31,079 nucleotides of DNA from Thermoanaerobaculia bacterium. GTDB lineage: Bacteria; Acidobacteriota; Thermoanaerobaculia; Multivoradales; JBCCEF01. The notes under the pieces are model-generated. The model did no database searches. It saw nothing but the letters and a program-made list of their open reading frames with translations, and had not been told where the DNA came from. Where the stretch lies: positions 1 to 31,079 of the forward strand of contig DATABP010000705.1 of the NCBI GenBank assembly GCA_036259515.1, written 5' to 3'. Position 1 is the first letter of the stretch, and each line of letters starts with the position of its first letter. Shown here piece after piece: positions 1 through 7,906 of this stretch. Made by a program: the position numbers and the translations under genes.

Positions 1-312
1 GCGGAACACCTTCGGCAGCTCCTCGACCGCGTAGACCGGCCCCGCCGGCCGCCGCCGCAGCCAGGCGACCAGCCGCCGCTGCTCGCCGGAGAGGAGATAC
101 GGCGTGCGGCGGCTCTCCAGCGTCCGCACCTCGCCGACGAAGGGCAGGTGCGCGAGCACCCGCCGCGGCGCTCCGCCGGCCCCGGCGACGAGATCGCACG
201 GCGCGCCCCAGCGCTCGGCGAGACCGGAGAGGAGCGGCGTGAGCTGGATCACGTCGCCCATCGCGCCGAAGCGGACGACCAGCGGCCGGGGGGCGGCGGC
301 GGGCTGGCTCAC
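1..312 (-). CDS. Glycosyltransferase family 9 (heptosyltransferase-like), N-terminal part; runs off the window edge
   Basis: Absent from the ORF track. My minus-strand translation from GTG at 312 (GGAGGAG SD upstream) gives SQPAAAPRPLVVRFGAMGDVIQLTPLLSGLAERW..., matching the GT9 N-terminal 'vR.ga.GDv...tP.l..L' motif. The frame is open to position 1. Confidence 0.75.
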   Translation of the reverse strand, partial: MSQPAAAPRPLVVRFGAMGDVIQLTPLLSGLAERWGAPCDLVAGAGGAPRRVLAHLPFVGEVRTLESRRTPYLLSGEQRRLVAWLRRRPAGPVYAVEELPKVFR

Positions 313-487
313 GGCGTCTCCTCCCGGGCGGCACGTCCGGCGGAGCGGCCGCCCTCCGTGGCGGCCGGATCGATCGGCCGGCAGGGACACCGGCCGCGCC
401 GGGGAAGAGACCGCTTCGCTCCGCCCATCCTCGCCTCCTTCGCCTCCTTCGCCGCCGTGGCACCGCCGTTGCGATCCCTCGGCACCG

Positions 488-1684
488 ATGTCGCGCCTCC
501 GCCCGCTCCTCACCCGCTCGCTCGCCGCCGTCGACCACGCCGCCGACCGCGCCCGCCACGGCGTCAAGCGCCGCTACGGCCTGTGGCGCGGGCTGCGCAT
601 CGCCGCCTACTTCGGCTACGCCGGCGAGGAGCGGCTCCACCTCTCCGGCCGGGTGCTCGACGACCAGGCGCGCCACCCGTCCGGCGATCCCTCGCTGTGG
701 ACCAACGCCTGGAACACCCTCCAGCGCATCGACTCCGACGAGGTGCCGGGAGCCCGGGTCGAGCTCGAGCTCGCCGGCGCCACCGCCACCGCCGAGGCCG
801 ACGAGGAGGGATTCTTCCATTTCGAGCTGCCGACGCCGCCCTCGCTCGTCCCCGGCCGCCGCTGGCAGGGCCGGCTGCGGCTGCTCGACCCGGCGGGCGA
901 CGAGGGGGTCACCGCCGAGGCCGCCGGCCTCTACCCCGGCGCGAACAGCCGCTTCGCGGTGATCAGCGACCTCGACGACACGGTGGTGCGCACCGGCGCC
1001 ACCAGCCGGCTGCGGATGACCCGCACGGTGCTCTTCAACGACGCCCGCACCCGGGTGCCGATGCCCGGCATCGGCGCCCTCTACCGCGCCCTCGCGGCCG
1101 GCGCCGGCGGCGACGAAGGCAACCCGGTGTTCTACCTCTCGTCGTCGCCGTGGAACCTGTACAGCCTGTTCGCCGAGCTGCTCCGCCTCCACGGCGTGCC
1201 GGAGGGGCCGATCTTCCTGCGCGACTTCGGCTTCGACCGCGACAAGCTGTGGAAGGCGCCGCACGAGGAGCACAAGCCGGCGCTTGTGCGTCACCTCCGC
1301 GACGTCTATCCGCGGCTCGCCCTGGTGCTCGCCGGCGACAGCGGCCAGAAGGACGCCGAGGTCTACCGCGCGCTCGCCGAGGAGGACCCGGAGCGCGTCG
1401 CCGCCGTCCTGGTGCGCGACGTCAGCCCGGACGCCCGCGACCGCGAGGTGCGCGCCATCGCCCGCGAGCTGGAGCGGATCGGCGTGCCGATGGCGCTGGT
1501 CGGCACCAGCGCCGAGGCGGCCGAGCGCGCCGCCGACCTGGGGCTGATCGCCCGCGACGCGGTCGGCGAGGTGGGCGCCGCCGAGGAGGAGGACCGCCGC
1601 TCCCGCCGCGAGCCGCGCGGCCTCAAGCGCTGGCTCCTCGGCATCTCGTCGGCGCCCGGATCGCCGTCGCCACCGCCGCGCTAG
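488..1684 (+). CDS. App1-family (DUF2183) phosphatidate phosphatase-like protein, 398 aa
   Basis: HAD-like DxDxT motif VISDLDDTVVRT, plus YLSSSPWNLY, GPIFLRDFG and LAGDSGQKDAEVY, all typical of App1. Start moved from 104 to ATG 488. Confidence 0.85.
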   Translation: MSRLRPLLTRSLAAVDHAADRARHGVKRRYGLWRGLRIAAYFGYAGEERLHLSGRVLDDQARHPSGDPSLWTNAWNTLQRIDSDEVPGARVELELAGATATAEADEEGFFHFELPTPPSLVPGRRWQGRLRLLDPAGDEGVTAEAAGLYPGANSRFAVISDLDDTVVRTGATSRLRMTRTVLFNDARTRVPMPGIGALYRALAAGAGGDEGNPVFYLSSSPWNLYSLFAELLRLHGVPEGPIFLRDFGFDRDKLWKAPHEEHKPALVRHLRDVYPRLALVLAGDSGQKDAEVYRALAEEDPERVAAVLVRDVSPDARDREVRAIARELERIGVPMALVGTSAEAAERAADLGLIARDAVGEVGAAEEEDRRSRREPRGLKRWLLGISSAPGSPSPPPR

Positions 1685-1743
1685 ACTTCCCGGCCCCGGC
1701 GGCCGGCCCGCCCCCCTCCCCCTCGTCCGCGGAGATTTCGTCG

Positions 1744-3282
1744 ATGAAGATCCCGTCCCTCGTCCTCAAGCAGCTCTACACCTTCGGGAGTCTCCACAAC
1801 AGCCCCGACGGAGTGGGCTTCGCGCTCAAGAACCGGCTCTCCGACGCCACCCTGGTGCGACTGGGCGAGGTGCGGATCGACGGCCGCGCGTTGGGACCGG
1901 ACGAGGTGCGGCTGGAGCTCGACGGGCAGTGGATCGCCGGCAGCGCGGTCTCGGCCGCGAACCCGGTCCCCTTCCCGCTCCGCCGGGTGGTGCGCCTCGC
2001 CGTGCCGGGCGCGGCCCTGCCCGAGGGCAAGCACGAGATCGCCGTCGACTTCGAGGCGAAGCCCTTCGGCCGGCTGACCCTCAAGGTGCAGGACGCGATC
2101 GCCGCCGAGAAGCCCCGCCGCACCGCCATCCCCTACGACAAGGAGAACGACTACGCGCCCGGGGTGATCGCCGAGCGCCGCCGCTTCGTCGAGGAGTACG
2201 CCGGCAGCAGCCTGGAGCACGTCGGCCACTACTCGTTCGATCCCGGGGTCACCCGCGGCAACATCGAGAACTTCACCGGCGTGGCGCAGGTGCCGATCGG
2301 CTTCGCCGGGCCGATCAACGTCCAGGGCGAGCACGCCCAGGGCGAGTTCCTGGTGCCGCTGGCGACCACCGAAGGCACCCTCGTCGCCTCCTACAACCGC
2401 GGCATCAAGGTGCTCAACCTCTCGGGCGGCGTGCGCTGCACGGTGGTCGGCGACAAGATGCAGCGGGCGCCGGTCTTCGTCTTCGACTCGGCGCGCGAGG
2501 CGCGCGACTTCGCGCTCTGGGTCGACGACCACTTCGACGTCATCCGCGAGCACGCCGAGGCCACCACCAGCGTCGGCAAGCTGCTCGAGATCGACCGCTA
2601 CCTGTCGAACAAGTTCGTCTTCCTGCGCTTCAACTACTCGACCGGCGACGCGGCGGGCCAGAACATGGTCGGCCGCGCCACCTTCGCCGCCTGCTCCTGG
2701 GTGCTCGAGCAGCACGACAACGTGCGCCACTTCTACCTGGAGTCGAACTTCGCCACCGACAAGAAGGGCTCGCAGATCAACGTCATGCGCACCCGCGGCA
2801 AGCGGGTGACCGCCGAGGCGGTGGTGCCGCGCGACGTCCTCGAGCAGCACATGCGGGTGGATCCCGAGACCCTGGTCTACCACTCCCACGTGGCGAACGT
2901 CGGCGCCTTCCTCTCCGGCGCCAACAACAACGGCTGCCACTCTCCGAACGCGATCACCGCCATGTTCATCGCCACCGGCCAGGACGTCGCCAACGTCGCC
3001 GAGTCCTCCGCCGGCATCCTCTACGCCGAGGTCACCCCCGGCCGCGACCTCTACATCTCGCTGACCATCCCCTCGCTGATCGTGGCCACCCACGGCGGCG
3101 GCACCGCGCTCCCCACCCAGCGCGAGTGCCTGGAGGTGATGGGCTGCTGGGGGCGCGGCAAGGTGGGCAAGCTGGCGGAGATCGTGGCCGGCGTGGCGCT
3201 GGCCGGCGAGATCAGCCTGGGCTCGGCGATCTCGTCGCTCGACTGGGTTTCGAGCCATGAGAAGTACGGGCGGAACCGGTAG
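1744..3282 (+). CDS. hmgA: Class I hydroxymethylglutaryl-CoA reductase with an extra ~120 aa N-terminal domain, 512 aa
   Basis: Motifs ENFTG, VPLATTEGTLVASYNRG, TGDAAGQNM, ATDKK, THGGGT and a C-terminal catalytic His (SSHEKYGR). ATG 1744 is in the frame of track ORF 148..3282. Confidence 0.92.
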   Translation: MKIPSLVLKQLYTFGSLHNSPDGVGFALKNRLSDATLVRLGEVRIDGRALGPDEVRLELDGQWIAGSAVSAANPVPFPLRRVVRLAVPGAALPEGKHEIAVDFEAKPFGRLTLKVQDAIAAEKPRRTAIPYDKENDYAPGVIAERRRFVEEYAGSSLEHVGHYSFDPGVTRGNIENFTGVAQVPIGFAGPINVQGEHAQGEFLVPLATTEGTLVASYNRGIKVLNLSGGVRCTVVGDKMQRAPVFVFDSAREARDFALWVDDHFDVIREHAEATTSVGKLLEIDRYLSNKFVFLRFNYSTGDAAGQNMVGRATFAACSWVLEQHDNVRHFYLESNFATDKKGSQINVMRTRGKRVTAEAVVPRDVLEQHMRVDPETLVYHSHVANVGAFLSGANNNGCHSPNAITAMFIATGQDVANVAESSAGILYAEVTPGRDLYISLTIPSLIVATHGGGTALPTQRECLEVMGCWGRGKVGKLAEIVAGVALAGEISLGSAISSLDWVSSHEKYGRNR

Positions 3283-3323
3283 CGGATTGGTTGTTTTCCT
3301 CCGCAGCACGCGCGCTATAGCTA

Positions 3324-3349
3324 CCGACAGACGAGTAACAATTTGTCGG
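3324..3349. promoter_or_regulatory. Inverted repeat CCGACA-N14-TGTCGG upstream of the yoeB remnant; possible operator
   Basis: CCGACA at 3324-3329 and TGTCGG at 3344-3349, in a locally AT-richer intergenic stretch. A TAGAAT -10-like hexamer follows at 3354-3359. Confidence 0.3.
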
Positions 3350-3370
3350 GGGCTAGAATGGAGTAAAGCG

Positions 3371-3571
3371 GTGCACCCGCTTGACAGATCCGTACGTGCG
3401 GGAATCCTGGAGCAGAACCCATTTCAGAGCCCGCCGTCCTTCGAGAAGCTGGTCGGCGATTTGGCGGGAGCGTCTTCCCGCCGGATCAACGTTCGTCACC
3501 GGCTCGTCTATCAGGTCGACGAGCGGGAACTGGTCGTCAAGGTGCTGCGGTTTTGGAGCCACTACGAGTGA
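3371..3571 (+). pseudogene. yoeB: N-terminally truncated Txe/YoeB-family toxin with no antitoxin alongside
   Basis: From 3404 it reads ILEQNPFQSPPSFEKLVGDLAGASSRRINVRHRLVYQVDERELVVKVLRFWSHYE*, the recognisable C-terminal two-thirds of YoeB. The YoeB N-terminal segment is replaced by unrelated sequence. Possible GTG start at 3371 with GGAG upstream (66 aa). Confidence 0.72.
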
Positions 3572-3618
3572 GCCGGCCCGGCTTTCGCTAGCTGGCGTCA
3601 TTCGGTTTCGCACCCGGC

Positions 3619-4908
3619 TCAGGCGGTGAGCTGCTCGATGCGGTCGAGGGCAGCGCGCAACCGGTCGAGGTCCGAAGGTGGCGGCGGCACCATGTTCGGC
3701 CGCCGAGGTGTGCGCTCGGGACGGGAGCGCTTCGCACGCGACAGGTCTCTCGCCGTCGGTTTCCTCCCCGCCGCCTCCACCCACCCGGGCCACGGCTCCC
3801 GCTCCTCCTCCAACACGTCGGTCCGCAGCCGCAGCCCGTGCCGCTCCAGCACCGTCCCGAGCTCCCCCTGCCGCGCCAACAGATCCGCCCGCGTCTGGCG
3901 ATACGCGTGCGCGCAGATGGCCCGGCGGTCGGAGAAGCGGAAGACGTTGGTGAAGAACATCCGGTAGTCGTCGCGGCGGGGCTCGAAGAGGACGACGTCG
4001 GCGTCGGGGAACTCGGTCTGGTAGGCGCGGAGGCCGACGTCGAGGCGGGAGTGGATCAGGGTGCGGAGCGCCTGGGCGAGGACCGTGGGCAGGCCGCGGT
4101 CGACGAGGCGGCCGCGGCGCAGGACGCCCTCTTCGACGGCACGCACGGTGTCGACCGGCACGATCGGGTTGATCGACAGCAGGAGACGGGCGCCCTCCTC
4201 GAGCGCCACCGAGCCGTGCATGGTCTTGAGCAGCACGCCGTCGACGTAATCGCGGCCGTCGATCTCGACCGGCGGGTAGAGGCCGGGGAGCGCCGAGGAG
4301 GCCTGGAGCGCGCGGGAGATCGGCACGTGATCGTAGCCGGGGCCGCCGAAGACGGCCGGGGCGGCGGCGTCGAGATCGGTGGCGACGACGCGCAGGCGGC
4401 CGGGCAGGCGGCGGAAGTCGTCGCTCCGGCCGGGCTGGGCGAACTGGTCGGCGAGGTAGGCGCGGAGCGGCTCGTTGTCGAAGAGGCCCACCGGCAGGGA
4501 GCCGCCGAGCCGCGACAGCACGCCGAACAACCCGCCCTGGCCCGCCTGGCCGACCGCCTCGGCGACCGCGTTGCCGACCAGCCGCGGCAACCCGCCGAGG
4601 CGGCCGAGCCACTCGCGCCGCGCCGGGGTGAACAGCGTCTCGGGGCGGAACGGGTTGTCGGTGCGGTCGGGGTCGGCGGTCACCGAATCGACGATCTCTT
4701 CGATCGGGATGCCGTTGACCAGGCAGGCGCCGAGGATGGCGCCGGAGCTGACCCCGACGTAGACGTGCAGCCGGTTGAGGTCGAGGCCCTCGATCGCCTC
4801 GGAGAGGGCGAGGAGCGCGCCGATCTCGTAGACGGCGCCCTCGGGCGCGCCGCCGGCGAGCGCGAGGCCGATCTGGGGTGGCTCGGAGGACGCGCCGGGC
4901 CGGCTCAA
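3619..4908 (-). CDS. Patatin-like phospholipase/esterase (PHA-granule-associated type), 429 aa
   Basis: Gly-rich loop LALAGGAPEGAVYEIG, nucleophile elbow GVSSG and catalytic Asp in YVDG. TTG start at 4908 overlaps the upstream phasin TGA (TTGA). Confidence 0.85.
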   Translation of the reverse strand: MSRPGASSEPPQIGLALAGGAPEGAVYEIGALLALSEAIEGLDLNRLHVYVGVSSGAILGACLVNGIPIEEIVDSVTADPDRTDNPFRPETLFTPARREWLGRLGGLPRLVGNAVAEAVGQAGQGGLFGVLSRLGGSLPVGLFDNEPLRAYLADQFAQPGRSDDFRRLPGRLRVVATDLDAAAPAVFGGPGYDHVPISRALQASSALPGLYPPVEIDGRDYVDGVLLKTMHGSVALEEGARLLLSINPIVPVDTVRAVEEGVLRRGRLVDRGLPTVLAQALRTLIHSRLDVGLRAYQTEFPDADVVLFEPRRDDYRMFFTNVFRFSDRRAICAHAYRQTRADLLARQGELGTVLERHGLRLRTDVLEEEREPWPGWVEAAGRKPTARDLSRAKRSRPERTPRRPNMVPPPPSDLDRLRAALDRIEQLTA

Positions 4909-5645
4909 GCTCCGCTCTCGCCCGGGCCGCGCTGGCCGCCGCCGGAGGAGGAGCCGCCGGGGCCGGTGGCGGAGCCGGAGCCGGAGCCGGAGCCGGACGC
5001 TCCGCCGAAGGTCGACGATCCGCCCGGCGAAGGCGTCCCCGTCGCCGTTCCCGCGCCGCCGCCGACGATCGCCGTCCCCCCACCGCTCTCCAGCCCGCCG
5101 CCGGTCGGGCCCACCACCACCGGACCGCCGGCGATGCCGCCCGCCGCCTCCGGCGGCTTCGCGACGACGGTCGGGGGCAGCTTCGGGGCCGGCGTCACCG
5201 ACGGCGTCATCACATCCGACGCCGTCACCCCGGCGGTCGCCGTCGAGGTCGCCGGCGTGGCGCGCAGCCGGTCGATCTTGTCGGCCAGCTCCTCCACCCG
5301 GCGGGTGAGGTCGTGGATCTCGTCGCGGGTGGGCACGCCGAAGCGGCGGAGGATGGCGCCCACCCGCTCGTCGAGCGCGTCGCCGACGCCGCCGGCGGCG
5401 CTCTCCGCGTTGGCGCGCAGCTCGTCGGCGGTGGCGCGGGCGCGGTCGCCGGCGCCGCGCAGCGCGTCGAACGGGGTGCCGCGGGTGACCTCCATCTCGC
5501 GCCCGCGGTCGACGAGCTGGCGGAACATGCGGTCGCCGCTCTCCTGCGCCGAGGCGAAGGCGCCGAGGCCGGCGAGCCACACCCGGTGGGCGACGTCGAG
5601 CACGTCCTGGGGAAGGTCGCGGGGGGTCTTCTTCGGCTCGGTCAT
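4905..5645 (-). CDS. Phasin family protein (PhaF/PhaI-like) with a long low-complexity Gly/Ser/Thr/Pro tail, 246 aa
   Basis: VWLAGLGAF...FRQLVDRGREME and GVPTRDEIHDLTRRVEEL phasin motifs. ATG 5645 has a GAGGAG SD. Confidence 0.85.
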   Translation of the reverse strand: MTEPKKTPRDLPQDVLDVAHRVWLAGLGAFASAQESGDRMFRQLVDRGREMEVTRGTPFDALRGAGDRARATADELRANAESAAGGVGDALDERVGAILRRFGVPTRDEIHDLTRRVEELADKIDRLRATPATSTATAGVTASDVMTPSVTPAPKLPPTVVAKPPEAAGGIAGGPVVVGPTGGGLESGGGTAIVGGGAGTATGTPSPGGSSTFGGASGSGSGSGSATGPGGSSSGGGQRGPGESGA

Positions 5646-5661
5646 CGCGGTCGACTCCTCT

Positions 5662-6042
5662 CTAGCGCGGGGTCTCGGTGAGGTGCTCCAGGCGTTCGGA
5701 CAGCCGGTCGAGGCGGGCGGAGAGCTCGGCGAGGTCGCCGCGGGTGGGCAGGTTGGCGCGGTGGAGCAGCGTGTCGACGCCGTGCCGCAGCCTCGCGTCG
5801 GCCTCCTCGGCGAGCCGCTCGGCGCTCTCGGCGGCGCGCGACACGGTGCGGTCGACGGCCCGGAACTGGCCGCCCTCCACCCGCCGGCCGCGCTCGACCA
5901 GGCGATCGAAGGCCTCTCGGCCGCCGCGCTCGATCTCGCCCAGGGCGCCGAGGCCGGCGAGCCAGATGGTGCGGCCGGCGTCGGCGAGGCGATCGGTGGC
6001 GGCGGCGCCGGTGCCGGTCGTCTTCGGCGCGGCATCGCTCAC
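5662..6042 (-). CDS. Phasin family protein (PhaI-like), 126 aa
   Basis: IWLAGLGALG...FDRLVERG and NLPTRGDLAELSARLDRL. GTG 6042 overlaps the phaR stop (GTGA). It is the last 126 codons of track ORF 5662..7758. Confidence 0.85.
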   Translation of the reverse strand: MSDAAPKTTGTGAAATDRLADAGRTIWLAGLGALGEIERGGREAFDRLVERGRRVEGGQFRAVDRTVSRAAESAERLAEEADARLRHGVDTLLHRANLPTRGDLAELSARLDRLSERLEHLTETPR

Positions 6043-6518
6043 GGCTTCTTCCCTCCCCGCGCCGCCGCCGTGCCGCCCGCGGGGGTCGCGCCGGCGGTGG
6101 CCGGGCGGCGGTCGCCCTCGAGGTGCGCCAGCGAGCTCTCCAGCCTCTCCAACTGGCTGCGCAGCCGCTGCATCTCCTCGCGCGCCCGGCGCACCGGAGC
6201 CAGGCGGTCGACGCCGGCCTGGACCAGCCGGTCGACGCCGTGCTGCACCTGCTCGACGCCGGTCGACACCGCCCGCTCGCCGAGCCGCACCAGCTCGTGG
6301 AGCAGCTCGCTGGGCAGGAACGAGGTGCCGCGGCGTCCCTCGTCGAGGATGATCTGGGTCAGGGTCTGCGAGGTGACGTCGGCCGAGGTGGCGTTGTCGA
6401 CCACCCGCACCTCCTGGCCCTCGCGGATCCAGGTCGAGATCTCCTCCAGCGAGACGTAGCGGCTCTCTTCGGTGTCGTAGAGCTTGCGGCTCTCGTAGCG
6501 CTTGATCAGCCGGATCAT
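6039..6518 (-). CDS. phaR: Polyhydroxyalkanoate synthesis regulator PhaR (DNA-binding domain), 159 aa
   Basis: MIRLIKRYESRKLYDTEESRYVSLEEI...VRVVDNATSADVTSQTLTQII is the PhaR N-terminal signature. ATG 6518 has a GGGAGG SD and heads an operon with two phasins. Confidence 0.85.
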   Translation of the reverse strand: MIRLIKRYESRKLYDTEESRYVSLEEISTWIREGQEVRVVDNATSADVTSQTLTQIILDEGRRGTSFLPSELLHELVRLGERAVSTGVEQVQHGVDRLVQAGVDRLAPVRRAREEMQRLRSQLERLESSLAHLEGDRRPATAGATPAGGTAAARGGKKP

Positions 6519-6578
6519 GCGGCGTTCCCTCCCGCTCGTCGTCGGCGGACGATGCAAGACGCGCGCTAGGCGGCGCGA

Positions 6579-6637
6579 ATGCCGCACCAAGATACCGCGC
6601 TGCGGCATGGAGCGTCAACGCGGATGCCGCATCGCGG
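6579..6637 (-). promoter_or_regulatory. Sigma70-like phaR promoter (TTGACG-N18-TATCTT) overlapped by three ATGCCGCA boxes, putative PhaR operators
   Basis: On the minus strand, -35 at 6618-6613 and -10 at 6594-6589. ATGCCGCA occurs at 6579-6586 (+), 6601-6608 (-) and 6624-6631 (+). Segments 6595-6608 and 6624-6637 form a 13/14 inverted repeat. Confidence 0.65.
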
Positions 6638-6677
6638 CGGACGGGAGGACGCCGACCGGAGCACGACAGCCGTCCGC

Positions 6678-7772
6678 TCAGCCGGCTCGCGCTTCCCAGC
6701 GGACGGCCGCCTCCGCCCGGCGGCAGGCTTCGGCGAGCCGCGCCGCCCCGTCGCGGCGGCCGATCTCTTCGAGCCCGACAGAGGCGAGCGCCAGCACCGC
6801 GCCCACCCGGTCGCGCCACGAGCGGCCGCCGCCGCGGGCGCGGTCGAACGCCTCGACCTGCTCGGCGCAGCGGTCGACCAGCTCCGCGGCCCGCGCCAGA
6901 TCGTCGTCCGGCAGCGGCGGGTCGCCGCGATAGAGGCGCAGACGGCCGTCGGCCTCGCCGAGGCCGAGGAAGGCGCGGAACCAGTCGGCCCGGAAGGCGC
7001 CGGTCGCCCCCGTCATCCCGGCGTAATCGGCGATCAGCTCGTCGTGCAGGTGGTTGCGCATCGAGCCGAGGAGGCGCCGCGTCAGGTAGTGCGCCGCCTC
7101 GTGGTCGCGGCGCAGCGCCAGGGAGACGTCGCGCCACGCGGCGTCCTCGAGCCCCAGCGCCGCCGCCGGCACGCCGCTGTAATCGCCGTCGGAGAGGAGG
7201 AGGAGGCGGTCCTGTTAGAGGTGCTTCTCCGCCGCCGTGGGGAGCCTCCCGAGCCTCTCCCGCGCCTCGCGGGCGCGGCTCCAGTTGACGTAGCCCGAGA
7301 CCACCGCCGCCCCCTGTGCCGCAGGCACCGGCACCGGCTCGTTGCGATGGGCGAGCGCCTGGACCAGCCGCACGAAGTCGGGACGGTGCCGCGCGACCAG
7401 GACCGGGATGCGGCCCGCGGGGGTCGGGTGCAGCTCCAGATCGAGCTCGGCGGGTCGTTCGAGGTCCAGCCCGGACGCCTCGGGAAGCTCGTCCAGCGAC
7501 CGGCCCTGCCGCGTCGCGGAGCGGTAGGCGTCGGTCTGCGAGACCCCCTCTCGGACCGGAAAGCCGAGCTGCGGCAGCGCCGTCGCGAGCACGGCGTGAA
7601 CGCCCCGCCGCCTGCCCTCCTCCACCCATCCTGCCCAGCAGGCGACGAACGGCTCGTCGGCCAGCGGCAGGAGGACGCCCTCCTGCACCCGGCCGAGGTC
7701 GAACACCGGCCGGAGGTAGGCGCGCAGGCCGGGCGTCGCCGCCGGAGGTGCGTGCCACGGGGGAGACATCAT
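6678..7772 (-). pseudogene. DUF7005-like HExxH protein interrupted by one in-frame TAA at 7215-7217
   Basis: Track ORFs 7215..7772 and 6678..7172 are in the same frame. Reading through gives ...GYVNWSRA...AEKHL*QDRLLLLSDGDYSGVPAAALGL...RRDHEAAHYLTRRLLGSMRNHLHDELIADYAG. The family name is from recall of similar sequences, not a search. Confidence 0.7.
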
Positions 7773-7906
7773 GCTAATTTAACAGGGCGAGCAACGTCGT
7801 AGCTGCCGTCGACCGCGATGTCATCGAGCGTCGCCACCACCGCCCTCCTCCGCACCGGCTGCCCCTCGGCGCCGCGCGCGGCCGCTCCTGTGGAGGTGGC
7901 GGCGGC

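Noticed and set aside
104-487. Long N-terminal extensions on track ORFs (104, 148, 5580, 6035, 8065, 9261, 14747, 19181, 19528, 25140)
   Set aside because: They overlap neighbouring genes in other frames. Downstream starts with SD sites or stop/start overlaps match where the family motifs begin.
3381-3410. Perfect TTGACA hexamer, and track ORF 3381..3629
   Set aside because: No -10 element at 16-18 nt spacing. The ORF is an alternative frame over the yoeB remnant and overlaps the patatin stop.
7769-7804. TAAATT hexamer positioned for a leaderless transcript at ATG 7769
   Set aside because: The spacing fits, but there is no credible -35 element, so a lone hexamer is too weak to call.
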